The notes under the pieces: model-generated
The model's database searches: none
What the model was told of the DNA's origin: nothing
The model's input: the letters and a program-made list of their open reading frames with translations, nothing else
Part shown: positions 34,766 through 45,017 of the stretch, piece after piece
Layout: every line of letters begins with the position of its first letter
How positions within the stretch are numbered: position 1 is the stretch's first letter
IMG/VR virus record: IMGVR_UViG_3300031586_000003
Coordinates: 1-54,571 of that record
Length of the DNA stretch: 54,571 nt
Reading direction: 5' to 3' (one strand)
Source of the DNA: a virus
Taxonomy: Duplodnaviria; Caudoviricetes
Translations under genes and position numbers: made by a program

Positions 34766-35781
34766 CTTATCTCCTTATTTAATTTTTTAACTTGCTCTTT
34801 CATATCATCCCTCTCGGCAAATCCTGTAGCTTCATTACCCGCACCGTGCAGATAAATCGCATAGCTATTCATACCTCCAGGAATGTTGTTATTCCACCAA
34901 CGATATTGCTCAATTATGTTAGGCACACCTTCAGACTTCTCTTCATAGCCCCTCAGAATTACCATAAAAGGTTTATTTTGAGGCAGAATAGTTTTAATCT
35001 TCCCAAGATGTGCATTCATCGCCGCTTGATTTTGCCATTCCTCTAGATTAGGATAACAACTTGCCATAATAATATCCCAGCTATCGAAATCCACCCATTT
35101 ATTCCAGTCGCCCTGATCGATAGAGGCAAATCGGAGGACATTAGGGGCTTCTTTCTCACATATCTTGGCAAATAACTGTTGGTCATCTTTAGAGATATGC
35201 TCGCAGTCCAGTTCATCCCAACAGGTAACTCCAGCCAAATTTGGGTCATCCTTGATGTGAGGAAGAATTGACTCGGCTTGCCCAGTCGTGATGCGAGGCA
35301 GAAAATACATATTCTTTTCATTGCACTTATCTAGCCACAGCCGAAAGTCAGCTATAGAGAATTTCCTGCTATCGTTGGTATGTATTACATTGAACCCAAG
35401 CTCCCAGAGATCGTGGAGGCAGCGTGATATAGCAGAAGTAGTATGACCAATACGATATACTTTATCGGTATGATGGTTCTCAAACTCTCCCTCTGGCCAA
35501 TCCTCTATGGCTTTTCCTTCCTCGATGGCACTCAAAAACTCCTCCCATTCTGGGACAGAGAGAATCTCTATATCTTCCCAGGCTATTCCTAAGTCAGCCG
35601 ACATCTTATTCCAAACTTCGAGAGTCTTCACCCAGCGCCTTTTACCGTTTTGCATATAGTAAACTTCTGGATGGATCGGACACCTGTAGAAATTGCCATC
35701 TGGATAGCTCAGCTTTATCTCCTCTACGCTCTCCGCTTCAATAACAATGTTGTCACCCTTTACGTTGAATCTTTTCATCAT
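34762..35781 (-). CDS. Putative glycoside hydrolase-like TIM-barrel protein with N-terminal accessory domain
   Basis: ELGFNVIH...WLDKC...CWDELD...DIIMASCYP pattern. Confidence 0.5.
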   Translation of the reverse strand: MMKRFNVKGDNIVIEAESVEEIKLSYPDGNFYRCPIHPEVYYMQNGKRRWVKTLEVWNKMSADLGIAWEDIEILSVPEWEEFLSAIEEGKAIEDWPEGEFENHHTDKVYRIGHTTSAISRCLHDLWELGFNVIHTNDSRKFSIADFRLWLDKCNEKNMYFLPRITTGQAESILPHIKDDPNLAGVTCWDELDCEHISKDDQQLFAKICEKEAPNVLRFASIDQGDWNKWVDFDSWDIIMASCYPNLEEWQNQAAMNAHLGKIKTILPQNKPFMVILRGYEEKSEGVPNIIEQYRWWNNNIPGGMNSYAIYLHGAGNEATGFAERDDMKEQVKKLNKEIR

Positions 35782-35783
35782 TT

Positions 35784-36974
35784 TTATTCCTTATATTCAA
35801 ATTCGACAGTCACTAGAACCGGGATAGCATTCGTAGACTCCCCTCCACCCACCAGCTTCAAATACTGGTCAGTTCCATTGAAACTATGATTTGCCGATGG
35901 CGTGCAAGAGTCTATATCTCCCGCTGCCGATCCATCATACCCAATCGTAATCACGCCGTCCGTCAGGGCCGTATCAATCCGGTAGGCGGTAATTGTGGCA
36001 TCTACATCTGCAATTACCCCCGATAGCACTGACCAAATCTTTGTCACTTGACACTTAGGGAGCATCAAATATAGAGTCTCTGCGGTGCTAATATCGGCAA
36101 TTCTAACTACAATGGTGCCCTTTTGAGTGTGTGCACCGAAGAACGGTCTAACGTCCTTAATCTGCCATTGATAAATTGCCGTATCCCCGGCCTCCAAATA
36201 GACTTCGCAGATTACTATTTTATCAGTAGGATAAGTAGGAGCAGACGGCTCATTGGGCGAAACAACCTCTTCACCCTCGGTGATAGCCAAAGTCCCGCTA
36301 CTATCGATGTGAAGAATGTCTATGGCGCACTTAGTGGCAGCAGGAGCCGTAAAAGAAGGTGAGTTCCCGACATCTTTGTCTACCAAAATATTGCCTACAT
36401 AACCCCTTCCAAAATTCACCTTCACAGTCATGTCCGGTGTATCTTGTGCGGTAGGTCTGAACATTACCAATGGAACATACATAGGCTTCCAGCCCCTGAG
36501 GGTCACTGTGGCCGAGCTTTGAGGAATATCCACTTCCCTAATTTTCAGATAACCCGAAGGAGTAGCTGGTACTAAGGGATTAGCCGCCGCCGTTCCCTTT
36601 GTTATCGCTACAGTTCCCGACCCCGTAATTTCCCCGCCGCTTGTCTGTACCGCCGGATTTACGCAGATAATGTCAATCCTGGGATGCGTATCGTCAGCAG
36701 CATCGTGGGTCACATTGCTTGCAGCCAGAGCGCAGTAAATCCCATCCTCTGTTAGGCACTGGAAGGCATTGAAGCTGACCTTCATGTCATCCGGGTCATT
36801 AGCAGTGAGCCCAGGTGGGGTCAACAGCCCCTCGAAATGCCCCTGCCTGGCTAAATCTTCAATGACATTCTCTATCAAATCAGTGGTATTATCTACAATA
36901 GAAGCATCAGCAGCTACTTTGCCCGTCGCATCCGGGTCTCTATCTGCTATCCGAATACCTAAATTATCTGCCAT
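35784..36974 (-). CDS. Tail/baseplate protein
   Basis: Two HPRIDII...GT...P.AP..P-type repeats, IKDVRPF; distal tail position. Confidence 0.7.
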   Translation of the reverse strand: MADNLGIRIADRDPDATGKVAADASIVDNTTDLIENVIEDLARQGHFEGLLTPPGLTANDPDDMKVSFNAFQCLTEDGIYCALAASNVTHDAADDTHPRIDIICVNPAVQTSGGEITGSGTVAITKGTAAANPLVPATPSGYLKIREVDIPQSSATVTLRGWKPMYVPLVMFRPTAQDTPDMTVKVNFGRGYVGNILVDKDVGNSPSFTAPAATKCAIDILHIDSSGTLAITEGEEVVSPNEPSAPTYPTDKIVICEVYLEAGDTAIYQWQIKDVRPFFGAHTQKGTIVVRIADISTAETLYLMLPKCQVTKIWSVLSGVIADVDATITAYRIDTALTDGVITIGYDGSAAGDIDSCTPSANHSFNGTDQYLKLVGGGESTNAIPVLVTVEFEYKE

Positions 36975-36986
36975 TTTTTATCACCC

Positions 36987-37421
36987 CTAACTTGTTTGAT
37001 CAAAATAATATCCCGCATCCCAATGGTCTGCGGGGTCTGCTTTGTCGAAGTGCATAATCTCAGCGACTTGCACCAATTCGGCCTCCAGCCCCAAGATTGT
37101 CACCCAATGCCCCGCCTCGACCGTATGGTCGATTCTTATAACCCGGCATTGTAGGTTGCTCACTGAGCACTTTGGAGCAGTTAGATTTACTTCATCTAGT
37201 AATTCCACATAAGGATTACCTCTAACCGTGCAATCATAATAGACCTTGATATTCTTATTCTGCTCCAGAAGCTCATCAGCGACCTCCTGCACCTCCTCGG
37301 CAGCGATAAAGTCAAAAGTGAACTCCCTCTTTCTCTCACCTAAATAGGTTCGATAAATGGACGGCTCGTCCTTTGCTTCGCCTATGTAATCACCCTGGAT
37401 TATCACTAGCTCTTTACTCAT
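36987..37421 (-). CDS. Tail hub C-terminal-like protein
   Basis: VRGNPYVELLDEV...RVIRIDH pattern of hub C-termini. Confidence 0.55.
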   Translation of the reverse strand: MSKELVIIQGDYIGEAKDEPSIYRTYLGERKREFTFDFIAAEEVQEVADELLEQNKNIKVYYDCTVRGNPYVELLDEVNLTAPKCSVSNLQCRVIRIDHTVEAGHWVTILGLEAELVQVAEIMHFDKADPADHWDAGYYFDQTS

Positions 37422-37426
37422 TCAAA

Positions 37427-39250
37427 TCATCCCATTAAAGCTAAGGTGGTGTGAATTTCCAATCTTGTTGTATAGCCACCAGAATAAGTTATTGTATATA
37501 TTACTTTAACCGAATGACTGGTATTATAAGAAGGAAAGTTTAAGCATCTTATCGTAATAACTCCTCCGAGAGTATCGGTAAAGTTAAGCGCTAAACCATT
37601 CTTCTCTCCAGTCAAGTGTTTTTGGCTAGAAAGATGTGCTGGGTTGCCATGAATTTTAATATCCCAAGAATGTTTAAATCTCAGCCAACTAACAGAATAG
37701 CTACGAGGAAAAGAAAAAAATCGTCTATAATTTACTGACTTCCAATAGTTGACTGGTGCGCCTGGCTGAAAATCCCTCTGAATGGAGGCAGTGTCCAATT
37801 CTTCTCGAAAAGTAGGGCCAGTCGTAGCCGAAGCATGGACACCACTAGACCACCTGCCCGAAGTGTTTTGAGCAAATGCTGAATAATAGTATGTTTGGTC
37901 AAGAGTGAGGTTCTCATGAACTTTAGCTTGTGCAGACCCTTGATACAACTGGGTACCATCTGTGACCTCTTCGGGGTAATCTGTTATGCTCCATCGAATT
38001 TCAACTAAAGAAAAATCAGCTACCTTGGGATTTACCCAGGTCAATTTTATCTCGTCCCAGTCACTTTCAGCTTTAAAATTAGTCACTCGACTTGTGTAAG
38101 TCTCATCTTCCCAAGCATCTCCTCCTTCCCCAGCAATTGCCGAAGCATGAGCAGCATCTGACCAATTCCCCACATCGTCTACTGTAAATGCGGAATAGTA
38201 ATATCTGGTGCCATTGGTCAATCCTGTATGAGATTTTGCCTCTCCAGTCCCCTCATATATGTTAGTTCCGTCATCTTCGTTAAGAGGATAAGCTGTCGTA
38301 CTGAACTGGATTTTCACTTTTTCAAAATCCTCATTTGTCGGATTCGACCAACTTAGGTCTATCTTTAAGTCTCCTGGCGTCGCAGTGAATCCTGCAATCT
38401 TACCTGGCGCATCAAGGTCTGGCTGAATCTCGTGAGGCCTTGCGTGAACTACAACCCAGTTAATAATGCTGTTAATATCCCGCCTCTCGGTCACATCCTC
38501 TAGGTTATAATCATACCCAACAGTCAACGGGTCGCGGTCGGGATTACGACTGGCACAGTGCAGCTTCCCAGAAGTATCCGTGTATATCCGCTTGCTTCTC
38601 GACTCGGCTATCATCTTTAGCTCGCTCAATAAATTCAAATCTGTATAGCCAATAGCTGGAATAGTGCTGCCTCCTAAATCCTCGACAAAGTAGTCAACTC
38701 CGTGTGTCCAATCTGTAAAAGCCAACTCAACTAAATTCTTGAATAACTGCGTCAAAGAAATACTCTCCCAGACTGGAGTTTCCTTAAGTGTCACTCTTCC
38801 GAAATAATCAAGAAAATCGACTACTTTTATCTCGGCGGTAAGGCTAAGTCTGTCTACATCTACCGCAGAAATTATCCCCGTGAATAACTTAACGCTGATA
38901 GGAGATCCCCCAATGTCGCAGCCGACTTTAATCCGGATCGCATAGCCTTCTAAACTCTTATACCAGTCGCTAGCTTCCTCGAAACTATTGAAATTCTTGG
39001 AGATATTACAACACGTCACCTCTGCCTGCCCTATCTCAACAGGAGCACGGGGCGAAGATGTATCCTTACCGTTTGACGTGTGAATTCTCATTACATCTGG
39101 AAGGGTAGTCCATTCACCGCTGCGGCGGGGAATTTCAACCTCGACATCACCCGTCGGGTCAATAATATCCTCTTCCCAGGGGAGTTCTTTATCAATCGCC
39201 ATAGTAAAATGTGCTTCTTCAGCTGACCATTCTGTCTCTACCCAAGGCAT
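37427..39250 (-). CDS. Tail hub/central fibre protein with two fibronectin type III domains
   Basis: LSWSNP...HTGLTNGTRYYYSAFTVD..GNWS present twice. Confidence 0.75.
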   Translation of the reverse strand: MPWVETEWSAEEAHFTMAIDKELPWEEDIIDPTGDVEVEIPRRSGEWTTLPDVMRIHTSNGKDTSSPRAPVEIGQAEVTCCNISKNFNSFEEASDWYKSLEGYAIRIKVGCDIGGSPISVKLFTGIISAVDVDRLSLTAEIKVVDFLDYFGRVTLKETPVWESISLTQLFKNLVELAFTDWTHGVDYFVEDLGGSTIPAIGYTDLNLLSELKMIAESRSKRIYTDTSGKLHCASRNPDRDPLTVGYDYNLEDVTERRDINSIINWVVVHARPHEIQPDLDAPGKIAGFTATPGDLKIDLSWSNPTNEDFEKVKIQFSTTAYPLNEDDGTNIYEGTGEAKSHTGLTNGTRYYYSAFTVDDVGNWSDAAHASAIAGEGGDAWEDETYTSRVTNFKAESDWDEIKLTWVNPKVADFSLVEIRWSITDYPEEVTDGTQLYQGSAQAKVHENLTLDQTYYYSAFAQNTSGRWSSGVHASATTGPTFREELDTASIQRDFQPGAPVNYWKSVNYRRFFSFPRSYSVSWLRFKHSWDIKIHGNPAHLSSQKHLTGEKNGLALNFTDTLGGVITIRCLNFPSYNTSHSVKVIYTITYSGGYTTRLEIHTTLALMG

Positions 39251-39562
39251 TTAATCACTCCATGCTCTAAATCTAATACGCCAATAATATTTTGTCCCAT
39301 CCTCTATTAGAGTTGACCCACCGTAATTCACATTTTCACATCGTGTATCGAAGGGGCAAAGCGATCCAAGAGCAGTCCATTCACTATCCCAAATAGGGCT
39401 GCCGAATTCAGAATCAGTATCGACCTGAATCTGATATTCCTCAGCCGACATACCATATAAAGACCGATATATTGCTGAAAAATAAGGAGCTGGGCTTGCT
39501 GCTACATCAGACGGATTTGTCTCTCCATTGCAAAGTAAAGTATCAGGAGCTGTATCTGCCAC
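39251..39562 (-). CDS. Tail-associated Fn3-like protein
   Basis: YQIQVDTD...WDS...YYWRIR. Confidence 0.6.
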   Translation of the reverse strand: MADTAPDTLLCNGETNPSDVAASPAPYFSAIYRSLYGMSAEEYQIQVDTDSEFGSPIWDSEWTALGSLCPFDTRCENVNYGGSTLIEDGTKYYWRIRFRAWSD

Positions 39563-39697
39563 AAAATTCTCCTATTTCCAATATTATTTTCATATTGCGA
39601 CTCCTGCTTTCCATAGCCACATCCACAATGTCCACATTCCCAATAGCATTACTACCCAAAAAAGCACCTTTAATAATGTCAATTCTGATTCTTTCAT

Positions 39698-40075
39698 TTA
39701 CGCCTCCGCAGTCACTATGAGCGAGAATGTGAAATCGTATTTTGTGAACGGCCCTACTCCTCGGCTGGAGCCGAGAATCATATAGCCGGTATCTACGTGT
39801 GTATGGTCATCCTCGTCATACCAGGTGACCTGCATCTGGCAGGCGAGTTTTGCCCAGTCTTCCATCTTCTCCCGTTCAATCCGGGTGATGAGCATGGGCC
39901 AGGCGAAAGTTATCTCCTTGATGAGATGTGCTTCCCGGTCAATCTTGACTGTTCCATCCAATAGTTTATGCCGGGTAATTGTCTGGTCATAATCGAACGT
40001 AGGATAGCAGTCCAGATAGTCAGAAAACGTATGTTCCTCGCTCGTATCCAGTCTTTTGATCTTCCAATCAGCCAT
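39698..40075 (-). CDS. Distal tail (Dit)-like protein
   Basis: Position after tape measure; size and beta pattern. Confidence 0.55.
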   Translation of the reverse strand: MADWKIKRLDTSEEHTFSDYLDCYPTFDYDQTITRHKLLDGTVKIDREAHLIKEITFAWPMLITRIEREKMEDWAKLACQMQVTWYDEDDHTHVDTGYMILGSSRGVGPFTKYDFTFSLIVTAEA

Positions 40076-43000
40076 TAGTAAGTCCTCTCCTCAAGTTCTA
40101 GCATAAGGGGCCTTATCTCGTATTGCACCATTTGTCTAAGCTCGGATTTAGTCATTTTGGCTCCAGGCATGACGGTAAAGTTGAAACTATAATTTCTGGT
40201 ACTGGTAGTGGATGATCTCCCCGCCGGGATTATTCTCTCTCCTTTCTCTACTTTGGCTAAGCCTGTCCTTGGGACTATTCCTCCTAATTGATAATTGCCA
40301 ACAAAAGCCTGATGCTCTGGAAAAACCTCCCATCCGGGCCATCCTGGCTTTGATACCAAGCCTTCCCAGCCAAGCTGAGGCCAGTTTTTACTTAAATCTC
40401 TTACAGCCCTAACTGTCTCCTTAACATTCTCAGTAAGCCGCTTAACGCTATTAGAACTCTCCTCTATTTTTACTTTGGATTCGTCGAATTCAGCTCCAAT
40501 CTTTTCCCATCCTTTAAGTAAAGTATCTGTTGCTTTTTCCCAGACTTCATGGACTTTTTCCATGAAACTGCCTATCTTCTCTGTGAGATTCTTAAAAGAG
40601 TCCGCCCCCCAGTCAATTGACTCCAGTAGTTCGTTGAAATTCAATTGAACAAGGATGGCCTGCGCCATAGCTGTCAGGAACTTGTTCTTTATAATATCAA
40701 CAAGGCTATTCCAGGCCTGCTCCACAGTAGAGGTGCCTTTGACAAAACCAATAAATACCTCCTCGAAGGAGTCTTTGACTGAAGAAGTAAAGGATTTCCA
40801 AATGTTCGCAATCTTCCCAACATGGCTTTGCCAGTCCTGAAACATCCTTGCAAGCGTAGCCTCATCTTTTGCACTAAGTTCTTCTAAAAAGGAGTGCAGT
40901 TCTTTATAAGTTCTAAACGTGGAGAGAGTAATGCCATCCAAAAAAGCATTCCAGTCCACTAACATTTTCTCTTCCTGCTTTTTATAAATAGGGGCTAAAT
41001 GCTTTTCGATGGCCTCTTTTATCGTGGGAAGAAATCCACCGGGGGAACTTCCATAAAGGAACGCTTCTGCGGTCTCAGTCCCCGCTTTGGCAGCCGCATC
41101 TCTTGCTTCCGTCGCTGCGAATACATCGGCTATACTTTCCTTAGCGAGCCCTAACTGTTTACGTAGATCCTCCACCTGCTCAGTCGCGGTCATAGCTGCT
41201 TTGGCAACTGCGTCTCTTCCCTCCGTTGATACAAATACGTCAGCTATACTCTCCTTGGTGAGCCCTAGTTGTTTGCGTAGGTCTTCTACCTTCTCAGTCG
41301 CAGTCATGGCTGTCTGGGCAATAAGTTTCTGCATTTTTTCCTGTTCAAGTCCCATGCTCTCTGCTCCGGCCTTGAGCTTATTCATTCTGTCCTCTAGCTT
41401 TGTTAATTCTTCAGTTGTCTTTTTAGTTGCTCCTCCGAAACTCTCCATTCCCTCTTTCGCTTTGTATAAAACTGGCCCTGCTGTTTTCCCAAACTTTTCC
41501 ATCTCCTTTTCTAATACCGATGTATCTACGCCTGCCGCCTTGAGTTTCGTTATAATTCCTTCAACTTTTTTCTTATAATCAGACCAATCCACTGCATCTT
41601 TAAACTCCCCGGCCGCCTCAGTGACATTCTCCCATTCCACGCCGAGGTCATCCACATATTTCTTTAAGTCGCCGGGGATTTTCGAGTATTGGCCTTTGAT
41701 AATCTCCCAAGCCTCACTCATCCGGGCGCTGAATTTAGCGGGCTGTTTCAGGGTAGACTCAGGGATTTGTATGGTAAGGGCATCCTCTCCTAATCTCTCA
41801 ATCTTCTTGAATTCTACTTTGGCGATCTCCCCGAACTCTTTTATGCCCTCAGGAAGTTCTTTTTTAAGAATATGCTCGGCAAACCAGCCGAGGGCACTGA
41901 TGACGGGCTTTATGGCCTTGACAACCATATTCATCCCACTAATGAAAAAGTTGACGAAAGCCTGAGCTCCCTCTCTCATCTTGTTAGCGGCATCAATAAA
42001 GAAATTGGCCATCGGGGTGAATACATTGGAGGTAATCCAATTGACCCCCTTGATGATGATATTCTTCACATCCTCTATGGCCAACCTGAAATAATAGACC
42101 ATGTTATCAGCTACCCATTGGAGGGTTTTTATATAAGGGGCCCAGATTACCGATGATGCCCTGGCTATGAGTCCGGCCAGCATCTTCAGTATTTCATCCA
42201 TAGACATTAAGACTGCCTTTCCGTATTGATACCATAGATTCAGTCCTGCCTTAAATGCCGACCAGTCGGTGAAGAATTTCTTGATTCCGTGGCCGATCTG
42301 GTTAAGAGTTTCAATTAATATTTGATAAGCACTCTCCCAAACTTGAGTCCAGTTGTTTATCAGAAATTGAAGACCATCAATAAGCACGTTGAGCCCTTTC
42401 ATAATTTCTTTCAAGGCAGGAGATAGCTTCGCCCCTATGGTGATGGCAAGATTGACAACATTCCCTGTAAATATAGCCCACTGGGCCGAGAGCCCTTCAA
42501 GGGCAATTTGATATTCTTTTTCCAGACTGGTATTTTCTTCAAAGGCTTTTTGGGAAGTTGCAAGATTTACATTCAATTGTTCCTGTGCCCCCGAGAGCTT
42601 CATCAGGACATCAGTCATCCGGGCACCTTCCATTCCCAATTCCCCCAAAGCCTGTGCCCGCTCTATCGGCTTCATCTTATCCATAGCCGATAGCCATTTT
42701 TGCAGTGCTTCCCAAGCATCAACCTCGACAAGGTGATTCCATTCCTCCATTTTCATACCAGCCTGATCAGCAAACGTCTTAGCTTTGGTGAGCATCTTGG
42801 TGAAGAAGTTGGATATAGCCGTCCCAGCTACCTGAGTTGTAACACCTAAACTATCAAGAGTAGCTCCCATAGCAGTCAATTGGGGAATGGTGAGACCAAG
42901 GGTAGATCCTGCCCCTGCTACTCTTCTGGTGAAGTCCCCAATGATAGGAGCGGTTGCGGTTGTAGTATTGGCAAGCTCATTCATAGCCGAGCCAAGTCTT

Positions 43001-43548
43001 CCAATTTCAGAGTAGGGAAGTTTCATTACATTAGCAATTTTGGCAAAGTCCAGAGAGGCTTGTTCCTCGGTATACTGGGTAGCAGTTGCCATCTTAATCA
43101 CGGTCTCTGAAAAAGCGGCTAAATTATCAGACCCTTGAATGCCGAGTCTTGCCGCCGCCGCCGCTATTTCTAAAAGACCAGTGGTCGAGGTAGGCATGGT
43201 TGACGCCATATGTTTCATCCGATTAGAGAATTTATCAATCTCTTCCCGGGTCATGCCGGAGGTTTTGCGAAGCTCTAACTGCGCATCCTCAAATTGGGCG
43301 GTCGCCTGGACTATCTTTTTGAATGCCATAGCTATAGCAATAAAGCTAATGGCTCCGATGGCTACTTTTAAGAGCTTCATAGCCGCTGAAGTTCCTTTAG
43401 TGGCCGCAGCTACATTATTCATGCCTGTCTGCATCTTGGCTGTTGCTGTGCCAGTCAGCATCTTGGCTGACCTCAGTTGTGCTTCGAACTTTGCCATCTT
43501 GGCAGTGAGTTCGATATAAGCTTCGCCAACTTTACTACCTACTGCCAT
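40075..43548 (-). CDS. Tail tape measure protein (TP901 family core)
   Basis: 1157 aa; VGEAYIEL, FEDAQLELRKT, LGSAMNELAN, YQLGGIV. Confidence 0.93.
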   Translation of the reverse strand: MAVGSKVGEAYIELTAKMAKFEAQLRSAKMLTGTATAKMQTGMNNVAAATKGTSAAMKLLKVAIGAISFIAIAMAFKKIVQATAQFEDAQLELRKTSGMTREEIDKFSNRMKHMASTMPTSTTGLLEIAAAAARLGIQGSDNLAAFSETVIKMATATQYTEEQASLDFAKIANVMKLPYSEIGRLGSAMNELANTTTATAPIIGDFTRRVAGAGSTLGLTIPQLTAMGATLDSLGVTTQVAGTAISNFFTKMLTKAKTFADQAGMKMEEWNHLVEVDAWEALQKWLSAMDKMKPIERAQALGELGMEGARMTDVLMKLSGAQEQLNVNLATSQKAFEENTSLEKEYQIALEGLSAQWAIFTGNVVNLAITIGAKLSPALKEIMKGLNVLIDGLQFLINNWTQVWESAYQILIETLNQIGHGIKKFFTDWSAFKAGLNLWYQYGKAVLMSMDEILKMLAGLIARASSVIWAPYIKTLQWVADNMVYYFRLAIEDVKNIIIKGVNWITSNVFTPMANFFIDAANKMREGAQAFVNFFISGMNMVVKAIKPVISALGWFAEHILKKELPEGIKEFGEIAKVEFKKIERLGEDALTIQIPESTLKQPAKFSARMSEAWEIIKGQYSKIPGDLKKYVDDLGVEWENVTEAAGEFKDAVDWSDYKKKVEGIITKLKAAGVDTSVLEKEMEKFGKTAGPVLYKAKEGMESFGGATKKTTEELTKLEDRMNKLKAGAESMGLEQEKMQKLIAQTAMTATEKVEDLRKQLGLTKESIADVFVSTEGRDAVAKAAMTATEQVEDLRKQLGLAKESIADVFAATEARDAAAKAGTETAEAFLYGSSPGGFLPTIKEAIEKHLAPIYKKQEEKMLVDWNAFLDGITLSTFRTYKELHSFLEELSAKDEATLARMFQDWQSHVGKIANIWKSFTSSVKDSFEEVFIGFVKGTSTVEQAWNSLVDIIKNKFLTAMAQAILVQLNFNELLESIDWGADSFKNLTEKIGSFMEKVHEVWEKATDTLLKGWEKIGAEFDESKVKIEESSNSVKRLTENVKETVRAVRDLSKNWPQLGWEGLVSKPGWPGWEVFPEHQAFVGNYQLGGIVPRTGLAKVEKGERIIPAGRSSTTSTRNYSFNFTVMPGAKMTKSELRQMVQYEIRPLMLELEERTY
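41084..41311. repeat. 114-bp (38-aa) tandem duplication in the tape measure gene
   Basis: AMTATE.VEDLRKQLGL.KESIADVF..TE.RDA.AK present twice. Confidence 0.9.
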
Positions 43549-43572
43549 TTATAAATCTCTCCTTATGTCTAA

Positions 43573-43818
43573 TTAGCTCTTCCATTTCCCCTCTCTGACT
43601 AACTTAGCTTTCCTTCGTTTCGCCATATCTCTTAGTCTTCTTATCTTCCCCTCTTGCGTTTCTGTTATTTGTTTTTTTTCTCCGCTTTCCATTTTTGCCA
43701 ATTCTTCTCCGTCCTCTAGTAATTGAAAGACCTCATATAGCGTCATTTTCTTAAACTCAGCTTTTGAGCACCTATAAAATCTCTTTAACTGAGCAAAGAC
43801 GAAATCCCAGTCCAGCAT
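43573..43818 (-). CDS. Tail assembly chaperone GT, -1 frame segment
   Basis: Reached by a -1 slip at A AAA AAC (43866-43860); the -1 frame is open KKRTESEDVNYFCQLW-MLDW. Confidence 0.75.
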   Translation of the reverse strand: MLDWDFVFAQLKRFYRCSKAEFKKMTLYEVFQLLEDGEELAKMESGEKKQITETQEGKIRRLRDMAKRRKAKLVREGKWKS

Positions 43819-43838
43819 CCAGAGCTGGCAGAAATAGT

Positions 43839-44318
43839 TTACGTCTTCGCTCTCGGTGCGTTTTTTGGTTTTTTCTCCACTGGTTTTTTCTCCACAATTG
43901 CACCCATCACATAGGCTATAAGATCTTCCATTCCCCCAGGATTATTCGCTATAATATCCTCTGCTTCCTGTAGAGTTAATTGAGGCTGTTCTTTCCTCAA
44001 TGCGATATAGAGAATGTAAGCCATACCCTCATGCGATGATATTAAGGGTTGAATCCGCCGAACAAAATCCGCTCGTGCTGCATCGGGACTTTCTCCTTTG
44101 ACACCCCACTCCTCGAATTGCACTTTTCTGATCTCCGCTATAACTTTGCTTTCCGAAATGCCCGCTATTCGCATGGACTTTCCAATTTCGCCTATATAGA
44201 GTGTCTTTAAATGTCGGGCGATTTCTCCAAAATCTTGAGTAGTTACCTGACCAACTTTGTATTTTTTCCCCTTGAAATCAACCGTCACAGGACTATCCAC
44301 AGTCCTATCTATACCCAT
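43839..44318 (-). CDS. Tail assembly chaperone G
   Basis: Between tube and tape measure genes; slippery heptamer near the 3' end. Confidence 0.8.
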   Translation of the reverse strand: MGIDRTVDSPVTVDFKGKKYKVGQVTTQDFGEIARHLKTLYIGEIGKSMRIAGISESKVIAEIRKVQFEEWGVKGESPDAARADFVRRIQPLISSHEGMAYILYIALRKEQPQLTLQEAEDIIANNPGGMEDLIAYVMGAIVEKKPVEKKPKNAPRAKT

Positions 44319-44433
44319 ATTATCACTCCTTAATCTATGTCATAACCTACTTATGACATTTTTTATACTCCTCTTTAGGGCCGCACGGCTCAAGGAGTCT
44401 CTTAGCCTTCCTGCACCAGCCCTGAAAAACTTA

Positions 44434-44871
44434 CTATGCGCTTGTGGATGCAACGGTCACTCTCACCAGACCAGTAGAAACAAAGTCAAAACTGACAGCC
44501 TGCGCCCCGTCATGAGGAACATCTATTGCCTCTCCCGTAATTAAAGCCCAGCAAGAGTAAGTGTTCCCGGTCTTGGACAGAAGCTGTAAATAAACTACTG
44601 TTCCACTGACCGTGGCAGAACCCAATATGGCGTCCTGCAGCACCTTTTGACCTGTCGAATCTTGTAAATACCATGATCCGTCAAACGAGCCGCTGAAGTC
44701 CCTCTTTCCGGCAATTCTGGTTCTATCGGGTTGGAACTTGGGAGTCTCGATAGCATCTAATGCTATAGCTCCCGTCCAGTGCCCTATCTCTGCAACCTCA
44801 GAAAGAGGAGAGGAGGCAGCTCCTACGTAAACCTTTCCTTGATACCCTGCAATTGCTTTCGTCTCGGCCAT
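44434..44871 (-). CDS. Major tail tube protein
   Basis: AIAGYQGKVYVG...RIAGKRDFSGSFDG...VSFDFVSTG. Confidence 0.8.
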   Translation of the reverse strand: MAETKAIAGYQGKVYVGAASSPLSEVAEIGHWTGAIALDAIETPKFQPDRTRIAGKRDFSGSFDGSWYLQDSTGQKVLQDAILGSATVSGTVVYLQLLSKTGNTYSCWALITGEAIDVPHDGAQAVSFDFVSTGLVRVTVASTSA

Positions 44872-45017
44872 TTCATATTCACCTCCATATATTTAATAAA
44901 AAGCCCTCTAATCCATTGCCATCTAGCTAGATTAGAGGGCGTATCTCGGTTAGCTAGACCGAGTTTTACTGAAAATGGTTCTTTCAACAAACGTTGAAAC
45001 TACGTCAAAGAGTGAAA

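Noticed and set aside
44376-44424. Further tRNA-like family member after the tail tube gene
   Set aside because: An AGGGCTG/CGGCCCT stem is present but there is no CCTGC partner for GCAGG; probably an ordinary post-gene hairpin
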